A stretch of 64,000 nt of DNA from Chiloscyllium plagiosum (Eukaryota). The notes beneath the pieces are model-generated. The model made no database searches. It had not been told where the DNA came from and saw only the letters and a list, made by a program, of their open reading frames with translations. The translations under genes and the position numbers were made by a program. This document shows, one piece after another, positions 14,601-27,663 of this stretch. Location: positions 44,976,286 to 45,040,285 of the forward strand of contig NC_057728.1 of the NCBI RefSeq assembly GCF_004010195.1, in the 5' to 3' direction. Position 1 is the first letter of the stretch; each line of letters begins with the position of its first letter.

Positions 14601-16649
14601 AAGTAATTAAATGTAAAATGTGAGCCAATATTTGAGTTAATAATTTGAAAAATATATAAAGGTATAGACAATTTGTTGTACACTCCATCATGCCCACTTC
14701 TTGCCCCATTTAGTCCTCCATGGTTACATCCAAGTACCAAACTTCTCTTTGCCAGCTAGCCTGGAGAGCATTGGCCCTTGTTCCTCTTGTATATTGTGCA
14801 TAAGATGCTGTGGTGGACCAACAGGATGTGCTATCTTGTGGGGAGGGAAATTCCTTCTCTACTGTTGAGATGAACAGAGATGCCAACATGTTCAATGGTC
14901 TCAAGTATGAATTCATTCCAGAAAATTCAGGCATCTATAATACGTTGCCAAAACTTTTGAACAGAACTCTATTAACAAACTATCCTTTTCCTTCTGTCAA
15001 ATGTTCCTAATTTATAGAGTTTATAATGAAGTAACAGCTGTGAGATACACAACTAACAGAACTATTTTAGTTCTTCATTGCTATTCCCTAATCCGGTAAA
15101 AACATTTCTGTTTTAAATTTATACCTAAACAAGTATATTTGGCAATTTTTGCATTGGTTACAACATTAAAACTACAGTTGGACTCAATGTCATAACACTG
15201 ACCCATATCCCAATAATATTTGTACTCCAAAAGTAACTTATTGTGTAACTATGAGTGAGCTTGATGCAATTAAAAAACACTTTGCCAGTGCATTTATTAT
15301 TTGAATTTTGATGATTTAGTCAGCCATGCTTGATTGAACAATACAAATCAAATTCAATAAATTTTTGACATTTACCTATTATAAGGTGGTTTGCTATTTA
15401 TAGTTACTTATGGACAGTGAAGAGAATTTCATGAAAAGATTTCATCGACAATGTTTTTGTTGCAATGACAAATTTGACAAATTGGTCAGTGATTACATGC
15501 TGTCTGTGGAACCTTGCTGGCTGCTATTCATAGCTATGTGTTGATATGCAATGACATTGAGTTTGAGGTTGTTAGTAAGTTTGAATCTTGCTGAAGATTT
15601 GACATGACCTATATTAGTGTAAATCCTTCCTTTGTATGTTTGGCTAGCAAACTTAGAGCGGGCCGAATGAGTGCTTGAGATGATTGATTTTTTTCAAGGA
15701 GTTTTTCAAAAGTAAAGAATGGAGCACCAAAAATGAATAAGTTTTGGGAAAGCATCACAGATGGTGGTAGCTGCAAGGCACAAAGTTTTGCCACTTTGGG
15801 GAAAGGGAATGAAAGTATACAGTTATAGCATTATCTAGTTCTCAATTGATGCTATTATCCTGTCAATCATGTAGGATGGAATTCATAGTCAGCAGTCATG
15901 AGTTCCTGTCAGTTTAATAAAATGTGAAGTAAAAATGTGACAGTCTAATGCTAGACAAATCACATTTATCATCTATGGAATTCAAACGTGTTAAAGCACA
16001 AGCATGTGATCAAAGATGTGAGACATGGGGAAGCAAAGTTGTCACGTCTACATAATGTGCTTTACCTCAATAATGTGTTCCACTTAATGTCTTCTGGAAA
16101 GCTAGAAAGACAGAGCCTGCAGTAATATCTTTTGGTCTTATTTCTAAAGCTACTCAAATGCCTACCATTTATAGAGAGCTTGCCACGTTGAGGGAAAGGT
16201 CATATTGCTTGCCTATAACTGCAAAAGTGTTTTCTTTAATACTTTGAGGAAATAATTATCATGTGCTTAATGGTTAAGGCATTTTGTTGACATTGCGCAG
16301 TTTTAAATTTGTAAAGTGTTGAAATACCTCTGTTGATTTTGTGGTGAGATATAACAAAGGATTTGAATAGTTCTAATCTGGAATACAACTGAAGTGAAAG
16401 GCTCTGACTTGGTGAAGGATGCATCCCCTGTTCCTTCACTGGCTTTGTTCTTGGAGCTGAGACTCTGCAGTGTAGAGCTCTTCCTGACAGAGATTCACTG
16501 GGTACCACTAATGCCTGCATAAGAGAAGAGAGGGAATGAATTGTGTAAGAGCGATAAAATATTGTGCATATTAAGAATAAATTAACACTGGTGTTACTGG
16601 GAGAACAACACAATACAGCACAATGAAGCTTATTGCTATTGAGGTCACC

Positions 16650-17190
16650 CTGTCCCTATATGAGCAATTGTGGACTTTTTTGATGTCATTGGAAATTTTC
16701 TCCTCAGATGGAGTCGGGAGCCTAATAACTGCTTCCTGATTGTCTTGGCCCCCTCAGTTTAGCTGTAGACTACTTTTATTTCCCCTGCAGTGAGATAAAA
16801 GGATGTATTAAGTATGCTGGAAGTAGATGGAAATTCAGTCAGTGGTGTTGCATGAGCAGTAGAGGTGGTGAGGTGCCCCATTGAGTGAGTAGGAAATGGA
16901 GAAGGCAGTGGGGTGGAGGAAGTCAATAGTTTGAGAGGGTGGGGTGGGTGAGAGCCATTGAGTAGATCTGATTCAAGCAACAGTGAGAGTTGTAATCTAT
17001 GAGGGAAAGAGTAGAGTGGTAGAGTGAAAGATAACCCTTTGAGTATAAGGCAACAGAGAGAAGATAGTGGCACTTACCCTTGCAGAGCGCAAGGGTAAAC
17101 TTCTTCTTGCAACTGCTGGGTATTTCTTTTAACCAGGGATTAAGTACTGAGCCAGGATGCATGTGGATGTTCGGCTTTCATTTGGAAGTC
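16650..17190 (-). mobile_element. Probable PIF/Harbinger relic (Myb/SANT-like ORF fragment)
   Basis: CKKKF-like motif followed by a gtaagt donor at ~17070-17115; a similar motif lies at 21079 on +. Confidence 0.3.
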
Positions 17191-17199
17191 TATAGGAAA

Positions 17200-17830
17200 A
17201 AGGATGGCCCTCATTTTCACCACCCAACCCAGCAGCATCCCCACATTCTGTCTAAGTGGGCAGCAGGTTTTGTTTTTGAGCCATATTCTCAGTGACAATG
17301 GTACAACACTGCAGTGTGGAGCAGTTCCTGCTTGTAACATCGAACAAATCATGCAACTTTAAACAAGGTGTCAACAGTGTGAACGCTGGAAAGTCCTGGC
17401 AATGGTGAGAACCATGAAAAAGAAATTATCAACCAGTTCAACCTGAACTCCATTAATCAGTCTCTCCATCGATCCCTGCCACCGTTGTCTTGAGAAAATT
17501 GATCAGGGTACTGTATTTCAGGTTAACTTGATCCACATCATCCATATGTTCCTGTAATTCCTCCATTGAGTTGGCAAGCAGAATAATGACACTGGTATAT
17601 CAAAGATTCAAAATTCACTGCTACCAGTTAGTATTCCATCTTTGTATACAGAAAATGTATTCTCAGACCATCCCTGAATCGATGGTGAATAACTGCTGAG
17701 GAAACACTTCTATCTAACTCCCCTTGTGACTGAATTATTGCCATGCTGGATATATGTTGCGCCTGCCCCTTTATTGTTGTAATACAGAAGCTACCATATA
17801 TTTCTCACCTCACAACTCTGTATTTTCTAT
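17200..17830 (-). mobile_element. Ancient RTE-type LINE RT fragment
   Basis: Manual translation: GVR*KCFLS (GVRQGC.LS relic), IILLANSMEELQE, LINFLKT, INGVQVELVDNF. Confidence 0.55.
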
Positions 17831-17833
17831 TGA

Positions 17834-18145
17834 GTGTCTCAGTGGTTAGCACTGTTGCCTCACAGCACCATGGACCTGGGTTCAATTCTGCCCTCAAGTG
17901 ACTATCTGTGTGGTGTTTGCACATTCTCCCTGTGTTTGTGTGAGTTTCCTCTGGGCTCTAGTTTCGTCCCACAGTTAAAAATATGCAGGTTAGGTGGATT
18001 TGCCATGCTAAATAGCCCACAGTGTCTAGAGATGTGCAGGCTGGATGGATTAGGCAAAGCAAATGTGAGGTTACAGGGATATTGTAGAGATCTGGTGTGG
18101 CCTAGATGGGCTGAATGGCCTGCTTGCACCCTGTAGGGATTCAAT
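17834..18145 (+). mobile_element. tRNA-derived SINE (shark HE1/V-SINE type)
   Basis: A box ctcagtgg, B box ggttcaattc, core tttgcacattctccc...tgcaggttaggtggatt, CR1-like tail. Confidence 0.85.
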
Positions 18146-18359
18146 GATATTTTCAAAGCTAGCATCAGACAAATATCAACTGTCAATTTAGTTAAATCTA
18201 AATTTAAGTGCAAATAAGTTGTTTTATCATGTTTAATAGTTGAAATGTCGATCCCACATTCTCTGCCTGTGCCTACCACCCTTTATGCTAAACAAGGGGA
18301 GGTCGTTTTGCTCACAAGTTTCTGCATGTTCTGCTTGCTGACAATGTGTCACCCTTGAT

Positions 18360-18740
18360 TCAGCAGTAGCAATTTGCTAATGGATAGTACTTTCATTTCA
18401 ATTTAAAGGTTCTGGGAGTATATCTCACTCAAGGGACCTGAGTACTCAATGAGCACAGGTACTTCTGTGGAGAATTAAAGAATTGCAGCAATGTCAGAGC
18501 ATCTGTTTTTGGGAACCTGACATCTCAGCTATCTACTCAATACTTCACTCAAAAAAGAACAGAACGTTTTCCTGCTGTCTTGGGCAATGTTTCTCCTTCA
18601 ATCAATGTTACCATAAAATAAAAACAAATGATTTTAGTATTGAATTTAATTGGCTGTTTTATTTGATTGCCTAATATCGGTGAGCATGTTTAACAATAAT
18701 TCATTGTTATGGTGCTTTGAGACATTCTGTAAGCATGATA
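18360..18740 (+). mobile_element. Old DeuSINE-like (SacSINE1-type) remnant
   Basis: Degenerate resemblance by eye to ggttgtgggttcaagtcccactcc..gacttgagcac and a gcgctttgagac-type tail. Confidence 0.35.
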
Positions 18741-21140
18741 AGGCATGATATAAATATATGTGATTTATCACAACAGTTGAAAAACATTTCCCTTTATAAA
18801 CATTGGGCACTTTCTACAAAAGGTTAAATAAACAGCACTATTTGCTGTAAAAAAAATGTTTTAATCATTCTATTTATAATATCCACTTGCTAATATTGTA
18901 AAAATTGTTTGATGTTCCTCATTATTACATTCCATAAAATTGCCAGTTGTCCATACAATGACATCGCACAGAGTGAAGGAAGGTTTGCTGCATTATCTTG
19001 TTTCTTTCATTCAGTTATTTTTCCTTTAAACCTGTCCAACTGAAGCCATTGTAAATTAGAGATGCTCATATTTGGAGTATGGTTTTACAAAATATGAGCA
19101 TACCTTATTTATTTTGGCAGTGGCTAAATCAGATAAAAGACAAATAAATTATATTCACCTTTATAATAGTCTGTTATTGCATTCCAGTTCAACTTCTCTC
19201 TTCCATTACTGTAATCCTTCATTTTGTTTTTATTTTCTCCCAGAGCTGGTTCAAAGGATTGGCTTCAATTAAGTTTTTATCCAGAAAGTCACCAGTCTGT
19301 AACACTTCATCATCAAATTCAGCATTAGTTTTCCCTGGAGCAATATTGTACTATTTATTAGAAGTATTATTTTTTATGTCCCATTTTTAATATGTATTTT
19401 ATTTTCTCCTTTTCAATCTGCTTCTCCCTTGGTTCAGCTCTATTCTTACTGATAAAGTGGACAGGAAACCGGTTTCTAGGGTTTTACTTATAATATTATT
19501 GGTCTATTTTTTGCTGCAGTAATGAAGTCAATGTGACTGATCTGGCGTGTTTCCAAATGTCCTGTGTGGCAAAGTGCCCGATCTCCATTTGGCATATTCT
19601 ATTGGTACAGGTGTAATTGAGAAATCAAACTGCAGCACTTCACAGTATCACCATTCATCAAGCCTAGTCTTTTACAATACATAGTACGTGTGACACAGAT
19701 CCTTCTCTGCTGATATTTGGAGCAAAAGAACACTGTGAAATTCCTTTTAAATGTATTAATTGGGGACTTGGTTTAATAGTTTAGCCTTTTGTACTTTTCA
19801 CATCATTTTGGTATGAGTACTGCATTCTCCACTGCTTCACTTTTCAGTGTATTTTATTCAATCACCCAGTGTATTACATTTGATATTGAATTCAGCTTGA
19901 AATGCTTTCTTCCTCCATTGAATACCTTTAAGGCCTGTACTTGGTTTCAAGTTCTTGAAAGTGGCTCTTCTTTCATCACAATTAGCCATGATTTTCAAGA
20001 CAGCAATAAGCAAAATGTATACTTCCCAAACTAATAGACACCAGACAAAATTACAATTGCTTCAGACTCTAAACCTTGATGACAGACTAATCAGTAAAGG
20101 TGACTTACACTAGCTTCTTTATACTGCAATTGTTTATCGGTCTGAAAAGGATTAGCTTTTTCACGTTTGAAATATTAATTGTTGAAGATGTCAAATCATG
20201 TTAAATAAAAGACATTGGCCTGGGGCCAAAGACTGCTTGTCGACTCATCTGTTTATCCTGCCATTTCAAGATCAAGATGGCAAGGTGTAAATTACAGAGA
20301 CAAAGAGTATAATGGATCCGGACTTTGTAGACAGTTTGTTGACTTATGTGTGGTCAAAATAAGGAGGCAAAACTGTATCTTGATAGAATAATGTTGAACA
20401 AGCTATTTAGTTTACAGTCACCTGATTTGCTTTAAGTTTGGCGTTGGGAATTCCGACTGTCACTCTACGGAGTGAAACTAAATTTGTTAAAACATTTACT
20501 AGCTGTGCCATGAGAGGTTCAATATAATCTGATCAAACCTAATGATTCATAACTAAACAACAGAAGTGACAAATTCCATTATTTGCTCTGGGAATCACAT
20601 GCATTATTGACCCACTCCCATTGAAAATAATGGAGGGGAGCCTCTGCAATTTATGATTGTGACATTCAGGCCAGTGCTAATTACACTGCTAAATGGCTGC
20701 ACACTCAGCAGGTTTGTGGAGAATTTTGAATCAATCAGGTCAGATGCATCTCAACATGTCTGGGCAGGTGGGACCTTTGAACTAGGGACACTTGATCCCC
20801 CTTCAATTGATTTGTATGGCACTGGTGCCAATTAAATGTGGCCAAAGCCACAACTCTTGAAGGGGAGTCTGATTCTCACTGCAGCAGCTAATTCAACCAA
20901 GTGAGATTCACATTAGGAGCAAGAGAAACCCAGTGTAATGCCAAACCAGTACAGAGGGAACTTACCCTGATCCTTGCATGCAGTGCCTTCATGAAAGAGG
21001 TTGAAAGGGGAAGAAAAGGAAACTGTACCAGGAGGTCATAGACATAGACATGAGATTCAGTCCTCATGGACGTGAATACAGTGTGTGAAGAAGTTCAATG
21101 ATGTCATTTATAATTATTATTCTTTACATGAGATGTCATT

Positions 21141-21962
21141 GAATCATAGAGTTACATAGCGTGGAAACAGACCCTTTAGTCCAACTCACCCATGCTAACC
21201 AGATACCATTTGCCAGCATTAAGCCCATATCCTATTCATACACCCATCCAGATGCCTTTTAAAGGTTGTAATTGTACCAGGCTCATGCACCACTATCTGC
21301 GTGAATAAGTTGCTCCTCAGCTTCCATTTAAATCTTTCTCCTCTTACCTTAAACCTATACTTTCTAGTTTTGCACTCCCTTACCAGGGAAAAAGACCTTG
21401 GCTGTTCACCCCATCCATGCCCCTCATGATTTTATAAACCTCTATAAGGCCACCCCTCAGCCTCTGATGCATCAGGGAAAATACCCCCAGCTTATTCTGC
21501 CTCTCCCTGTAGCTTAAACACTCCAACCCTGACAACATCCTTGTAAATTTTTTTCTGCACCCTGTCACATTTAACAATATCTTTCCAATAGCAGGGAGTC
21601 CAGAATGGAATGCAGTATTCCAAAAGTGGCCCAGCCACTGTGCTGTACAGCCACAACATAACCTCTAATTCCTATACTCAATGCACTGACCAACACCCTC
21701 TTCCGGTCTACTTGTGATTCCACCTTCAAGGAACTATGAACCTGCAGCTCAAGGTTTCTTTGCTTTTTCAACACTCCCCAGGGACCAACCATTAACTGAA
21801 TGAAGTCATGCCCTGATTTGCCTCACCAAAATGCAGCACCTCATATTTATCTAAATTAAACTCCATCTGCCATTCCTCTATCCATCAGCCCATGTGATCA
21901 AGAACCCATTATACTCCAAGATAACCTTCTTCACTGTTCACTGCACCACCAATTCTGGTGGT
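21141..21962 (-). mobile_element. CR1 LINE 3' fragment
   Basis: KKFTRMLSGLECLSYRER, RLRGGLIEVYKIMRGMD; (CTATGA) tail. Confidence 0.9.
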
Positions 21963-22756
21963 GGGTGACACTGGTAGGGTCAGCATTTGTTAGTCTTCCT
22001 CAGTTGCCTTTGAACTGGGTGTCTTGTTAGGTCATTTCAAAGTGTAGATAAGAATCAACCACATAGAAACCCGGTAAGAATGGGGACTTCTTTCCCTCAA
22101 TGGCATTAATGATCTAGAAGGGTTTTCATGACATTATATCTCTTGGTCACTATTAGTGAAGCTTTTAAAGTCCAGATTTTATTAGGTGAATTTAAATTCC
22201 ACCAGCTGGCATGCTCAGGCAGAGCTGACTGCCTGCATTCCCTTGGAGAAAGCAAAGCTCAGCATCATTGGTAAAGCCATCACTGAGACTATGAGAAACA
22301 ATGTTGCTGAAGTCATCCAGGATGACAGAATATTTCTGCCATTTGTATGTTTTTGACCCTAATTTACCCTCAACTTCCTTCTACCCCTGGTTTGCTGAGA
22401 TCAACTCTCCTCTTGTCTATGGTTTCAAATAGCCACGACTGCACAGCTAACTGGCCAGTGACATCTGAGGGTGAAGACCCAGAGGAAGTCAAAACCTCTG
22501 AGGAAGAAGAACTGTCACTTAATCTGATGCTCACAGCCACCAGTTTAAATATTGGTATTGTGTATACTTTGGAGAGAATTACAGTGACACAATCTGCATG
22601 TGGACAGTCACCAGGTATAGTGATTTTCACCTAGGCCAAGGGGAAAGCAGACTACACACATTAGCTCCCTGAAGGTGAGATTTCACACAAATCTTGCTGC
22701 AGAGATTTCAGATCAGGATTTTGATCAGGCAGTTACAAGAAAAGGCTAATGAGCCT

Positions 22757-23050
22757 TTCCTGATTAAGGGCCTTTGCCCAAAAGGTCGATTTTCCTGCTC
22801 CTTCGATGCTGCCTGACCTGCTGTGCTTTTTCAGCACCACTCTAATCTTGACTAATCAGCATTAAGGAGAAAGTGAGGACTGCAGATGCTGGAGATCAGA
22901 GCTGAAAATGTGTTGCTGGAAAGGGTTGGGACTGAGAGAAGGTGGGGGGAGGGGAAATGAGGAAACTGAAGAAATCTGAGTTCATCCCTTGTGGTTGAAG
23001 GGTTCCAACCACATCAGCAGTAACACTGGCATCAGATCCACTCCCTCCAC
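22757..23050. mobile_element. Two Penelope-terminus repeats tail-to-tail plus a PLE fragment
   Basis: + arm cctgattaagggcctttgcccaaaaggtcg... then the ggagaaagtgaggactgcagatgctgg end at 22866. Confidence 0.65.
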
Positions 23051-23099
23051 CTCCGACGCACAGTAGCAGCATTGTGTAGGATCTACAAGATGCGCTGCA

Positions 23100-23415
23100 G
23101 AAATTCACCAAGAATTCTGAGATAGTACTTTCCAAACCCCCAATCACTTCCATCTAGAAGGACAAGGGCAACAGATGCAAGGGGACACTGCAACCTAAAA
23201 TTCCTCTCCAAGACATTCACAATCCTGACTTGAAAATATACCACCATTTCTTCAGTGTCACTAGGTCAGAATCCTGTAATTCCCTCCTTAACAGCATGAC
23301 TGACAACACATAAACTGCAGTAGCTCAAGAAACGACCACCTTCTCAAAGGCATCTGGAGATGGGCAATAAATGCTGGCTCAACCGGTGACAACTACATCC
23401 CACAAGTGAATAAAA
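23100..23415 (+). mobile_element. 3' end of a second non-LTR retrotransposon family; another copy at ~63435-63720
   Basis: Two copies in the window share catctagaaggac..ggtca.aatcctg..caccttct.aagggca...tgaataaa. Confidence 0.6.
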
Positions 23416-24070
23416 CACTTAGCAGATTAACCAGAAAGCCTGCTGTCTTTGTCAGGGTGAATGGTGGAGTCCAACTCCTATTTGATAGGGGGTTTCATGC
23501 AAAGCTTGTGGAGTAACCTTGCAGTGTGAAAGTGGTCTCCAACTCCTGAAAATACTTCCTAGTCAAACATGATGCAACATCTGATGGTCTATTTCTCAAT
23601 TTCCCCTACAGCACAGGCAGAAGCAGTTGGAGCATTGCATTAGAAGTGCAGACTGAGATCCAAATGAGCTTATTGGAATCATAGAATGTTTACAGCACAG
23701 AAGGAGGCCATTTGGCACACCATGATGATGTTCGCCCACTCCCCCTCCTGCCCCAGCAAGAGAACCTCACTTTGTGCTAATCCCCTGTAGATCTGCACAC
23801 TTTTTCTTTACAAATAATGATTTGATTCCTTTTTGAAAGCTTTATTTGATTAGCCTCTACTACACTCTCAGGCAGTACACTCCATAACTTTCTGAGTCAC
23901 AATATTTTTCCTGATGTGACGTTGCTTCTTTTGCCAATTGACAAGAGCCTGTATTCATTGATTCACAATTCTACCACCAAGGAAACAGTTTTGTTTTCCT
24001 TATCTACTTTCCAAACCAATCCATACTCTGAACTCATCTATTAAATCTCCTCTTAAGCTTTCCTTATGGA

Positions 24071-25276
24071 GTCATAGAATTATAGAGATATACAGCATGG
24101 AAACAAACCCTTCGGTCCAACCCATCCATGCCGACCAGATATTCCAACTCAATCTAGTCGCACCTGCCAGCACCCAGCTCATATCCCTCCAAACCCTTCC
24201 TATTCATATACCCATACAAATGCCTCTTAAATGTTGCAATTGTACCAGCCTCCACCACTTCCTCTGGCAGCTCATTCCATACACNNNNNNNNNNNNNNNN
24301 NNNNNNNNNNNNNNNNNNNNNNNNNNNNNNNNNNNNNNNNNNNNNNNNNNNNNNNNNNNNNNNNNNNNNNNNNNNNNNNNNNNNNNNNNNNNNNNNNNNN
24401 NNNNNNNNNNNNNNNNNNNNNNNNNNNNNGTCGATTCTCCTGTTCCCTGGATGCTGCCTGACCTGCTGCGCTTTTCCAGCAACACATTTTCAGCACTTTG
24501 CCTATTTACCCTATTCATGCCCCTCATATTTTTGCAATCCTCTATAAGGTCACCCCTCAGCCTCCGACGCTCCAGGGAAAACAGCCCCAGCCTGTTCAGC
24601 CTCTCCCTATAGCTCAAATCCTCCAACCCTGATAACATCCTTGTCAATCTTTTCTGAACCCTGTAAGTTTCACAACATCTTTCCAATAGGAAGGAGACCA
24701 GAATTGCATACAATGTTCCAATAGTGGCCTAACCAATGTCCTGTACACCCACAACATGTCCTCCCAACTCCCATACTCAATACTCTGACCATTGGAGGAA
24801 AGCATACCAAATGCCTTCTTCACTATCCTCTCTACCTGTGATTCCACTTTCAAGGAGCTATAAACCTGCACTCCATGGTCTCTTTGTTCAGCAACACTCC
24901 CTAGGACCTTATCATTAAGTGTATAAGTCCTGCTAAGATTTGCTTTCCCAAAATGCAGCACCTCGCATTTATCTGAATTAAACTCTATCTGCCACTTCTC
25001 AGCCCATTGACCCATCTGGTCCAGATCCTGTTCTAATCTGAGGTAACCATCTTCACTGTCCACTACACCTCCAAGTTTGTTGTCATCTGCAAACTTACTA
25101 ACTGTACCTCTTATGCTCGCATCCAAATCATTTATGTAAATGACAAAAAGTAGAGGACCCAGCACCGATCCTTGTGGCACTCCACTGGTCACAGGCCTCC
25201 AGTCTGAAAAACTACCCTCCACCACCACCCTCTGTCTTCTACCTTTGAGCCAGTTCTGTATCCAAATGGGTAGTTA
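24071..25276 (-). mobile_element. Young CR1 LINE 3' part, containing the N gap and a nested PLE-terminus repeat (24430-24495)
   Basis: [22 protein letters not shown] in a 194-aa open frame; closely similar to 31230-32318. Confidence 0.93.
24285..24429. other. Assembly gap (145 N)
   Basis: Run of N. Confidence 0.99.
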
Positions 25277-25288
25277 TCTCAAGACAAT

Positions 25289-25950
25289 TTAACTGAAGTT
25301 TCTCATCACTGGAACCATATTTGGAGTATTTTTCTGCACCCTCTCTACTGCCTTCATATCCTTCTTAAAATGTGATCCCCAGAACCGGGCCAAATAGTCC
25401 AGCTGAGGACAAACCAATGTTATTTTTTGATTTAACATAACTTCCTTGTTTTTGTCCTCTGTACCCAATGATGTTTCATAGCCCATGATGCTGCATGCTT
25501 ATGAACAGCTTCCTCACTGAGGTTGAACTGACTGGCCTATAGTTCCTGGACTTAAATTTACACACATTCTTAAATAACAGTGTTACATGTGCAATTGTCC
25601 AGGCCTCTGGCACCACCCAATTAGGTTATGGAAAATTATGACCAGAACCTTGCGAATTTCCATCCTCATTTCCTTCAGTTTACTTTGACTCATTTCCTCT
25701 GCTTCTAGGGTTTTTTTAATCAATGTTAAGTACAGATAGACTATCCAATATGCACTCCTTTACAATTTTACATCCTTCCTGTACTGACATACTTCCTCTT
25801 TCACCATGATCTGAACAGTACCTTCTTCCCAGGCAAGAAAGATGCAAAGTATTCATTTAGTTCCTCAGACATGCTCCCTGTCCCCGTGCACCAAACCCCT
25901 TTGAGGTCAGGTAACTGTCCCACTCGTCCTTTCACCACCGTTTTAAAGAA
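25289..25950 (-). mobile_element. Older CR1 fragments
   Basis: TLVCPQLDY..FW.SHFKKD..AVERVQK; NYRPVS.T relic near 25530. Confidence 0.65.
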
Positions 25951-27423
25951 GCTTAACTTCATCACTGCCACTGGACTCCTTTGATCATATTACCTCAGAG
26001 ACCAAATCCCTGACAATGCGTCACTGAAAGTCAGAATTGAGAAGAGAATGGTACACCAATTTGCTCCACATTGAAGACCTTTACACAGTCATCTTCAGTT
26101 AATCCAGTTATCTCAGACCCACTTTAATTCAGCAGAACTCTCTCGTAGTAGAGAATGCAACTTTGCAACATGTCCATAGATGATTGACAGTACAGGTTGC
26201 TGTTGGCTAAGCTTTCTTGCTCACATAATCCATACGTGTTTTCCTGCCCCAAGTCTCTCACTCTCCTGGAAGTATAGATTTGTGTCAATCTGGGATTCTG
26301 CAAGCACCTCACTTAAGTGGTCATTCGTTATTGGTGAATCTAGGTAGTAGGAATCAGAGAAAGATTCCAGCGAAGGCAAACTACAATTGAACCCAATTGA
26401 GGCTCTGTTCAAGTACTTTCCAGCAGAGTTTACTTGTCAGTGAGTGACCTCAGTTCATTAATTATCTATCCAGGCAGAAACCAATTATTTGCAGCCCAAT
26501 CATCACCGAGCTGAGGTGAACTCACAGAACACACCAAGAACAAACAGTTCCTTGTCTGTAAAAAACAAAGCACCAACTTGGGCTCACTTTGCAGTTAAAA
26601 CATTTGAGGATGTTCCCCTAAACAGGTCTCCAATGCCATCTGTTTACCACAATATATATATGTAGAAAGTGTTTTTCTTTCCTAGTCCCATTAATAGTCC
26701 CATTTTGAAACAGCTCCTGTTTTATAATATCCCCTGAAAACATATTTAGGACTCAGACACAGAAAGCAAATGCTGGCAGGTGAGGAGGCCTGAGGATAAA
26801 AGGAATCCAAATTATTGGCCAGAATTGTGTCAGCGGCCTCTGGCCCATGACATGAGAACCAGACATAGGTGCCCAAAGCCGTGCTGGTGGATAGCGGGAC
26901 CACAGCAGAGATTCTACCATCAGGGGCCAGTTAAGAGGCGGTAGCCTGGGCTGCTGACCAACTGAAGGTGGTGACCTGCCTCCACAGATTGTGCCCAAAC
27001 CAGTTGTGCTGCCAATTGCTGAGGGCACAAGGGAAAAAGAGAAGACTCCTCCTGGGAGTGGGAAGAGATTTAGCGACGTTTCAGGGCCAGGCAGGCAGAC
27101 AATGGGACAGTTGAACTCTCCAGCAGTGGCATTAAAGCTACAGAGGTAGACAACGGGACCCCTTCATCAGATATGGCACCCCCAGCAAACAGAAAATCTT
27201 CCACACCATCACAAAACCTCCAGGACGCTACTCAATGCAGCTAATGGACTCAACATCCTAATATAGAAACTTAGAATATAGGAGCAGGAAAAGGCCATTC
27301 AATATGATCATACATCTCTGGATCATACATCTCTGGTTTTGTGATGATGTGGAAGAGTTTCTGTTTGCTGGGGGTGCCAATCTGGTGAAGGGGTCCCGTT
27401 GTCTACCTCTATAGCTTTAATGC

Positions 27424-27663
27424 CACTGCTGCTTCACACTGTCAGGGACCTGGGTTCAATTCTAGCCTTGATTGACTGTGTGAAGTTTGCACCTTCTCCC
27501 TGTGCCTGTGTGGGTTTGGTCTGGTTTCCTCCCTCAGTCTGAAGATGTCTTGGATTAGCCATGGGAAATACAGGGTTATAGAGATTTGATGGGATGCTAT
27601 TCAGAGCATCAATGTGGACTTGATGAGCCAAAGGGCCTACTTCCAGACTGTAGGGATTTTATG
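27424..27663 (+). mobile_element. 5'-truncated tRNA-derived SINE
   Basis: cactgctgc..cagggacctgggttcaattc, core, ctgtagggatt tail; A box missing. Confidence 0.8.

Larger units (their letters stand above)
20620..23660 (+). mobile_element. Probable fragmented PIF/Harbinger relic interrupted by younger retroelements
   Basis: WT*IQCVKKFND at ~21067-21102 (Myb/SANT-like RTWxQCRKKFNDL); acidic exon-like piece at 22460-22520; boundaries uncertain. Confidence 0.35.

Noticed and set aside
9816..16613. 100-140 aa ORFs (9816, 10496, 12962, 13215, 16236)
   Set aside because: No recognisable domain or splice-consistent structure; expected by chance or from decayed repeats
17861..17881. REST/RE1-like cagcaccatggac
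   Set aside because: The right half-site is poor and it lies within a SINE head
26000..26620. Possible ancient LINE endonuclease fragment (SQID-like)
   Set aside because: Too degenerate to assign by eye
27155..27172. Hammerhead at ctgatgaagggg (minus strand)
   Set aside because: No helix II closure followed by GAAA
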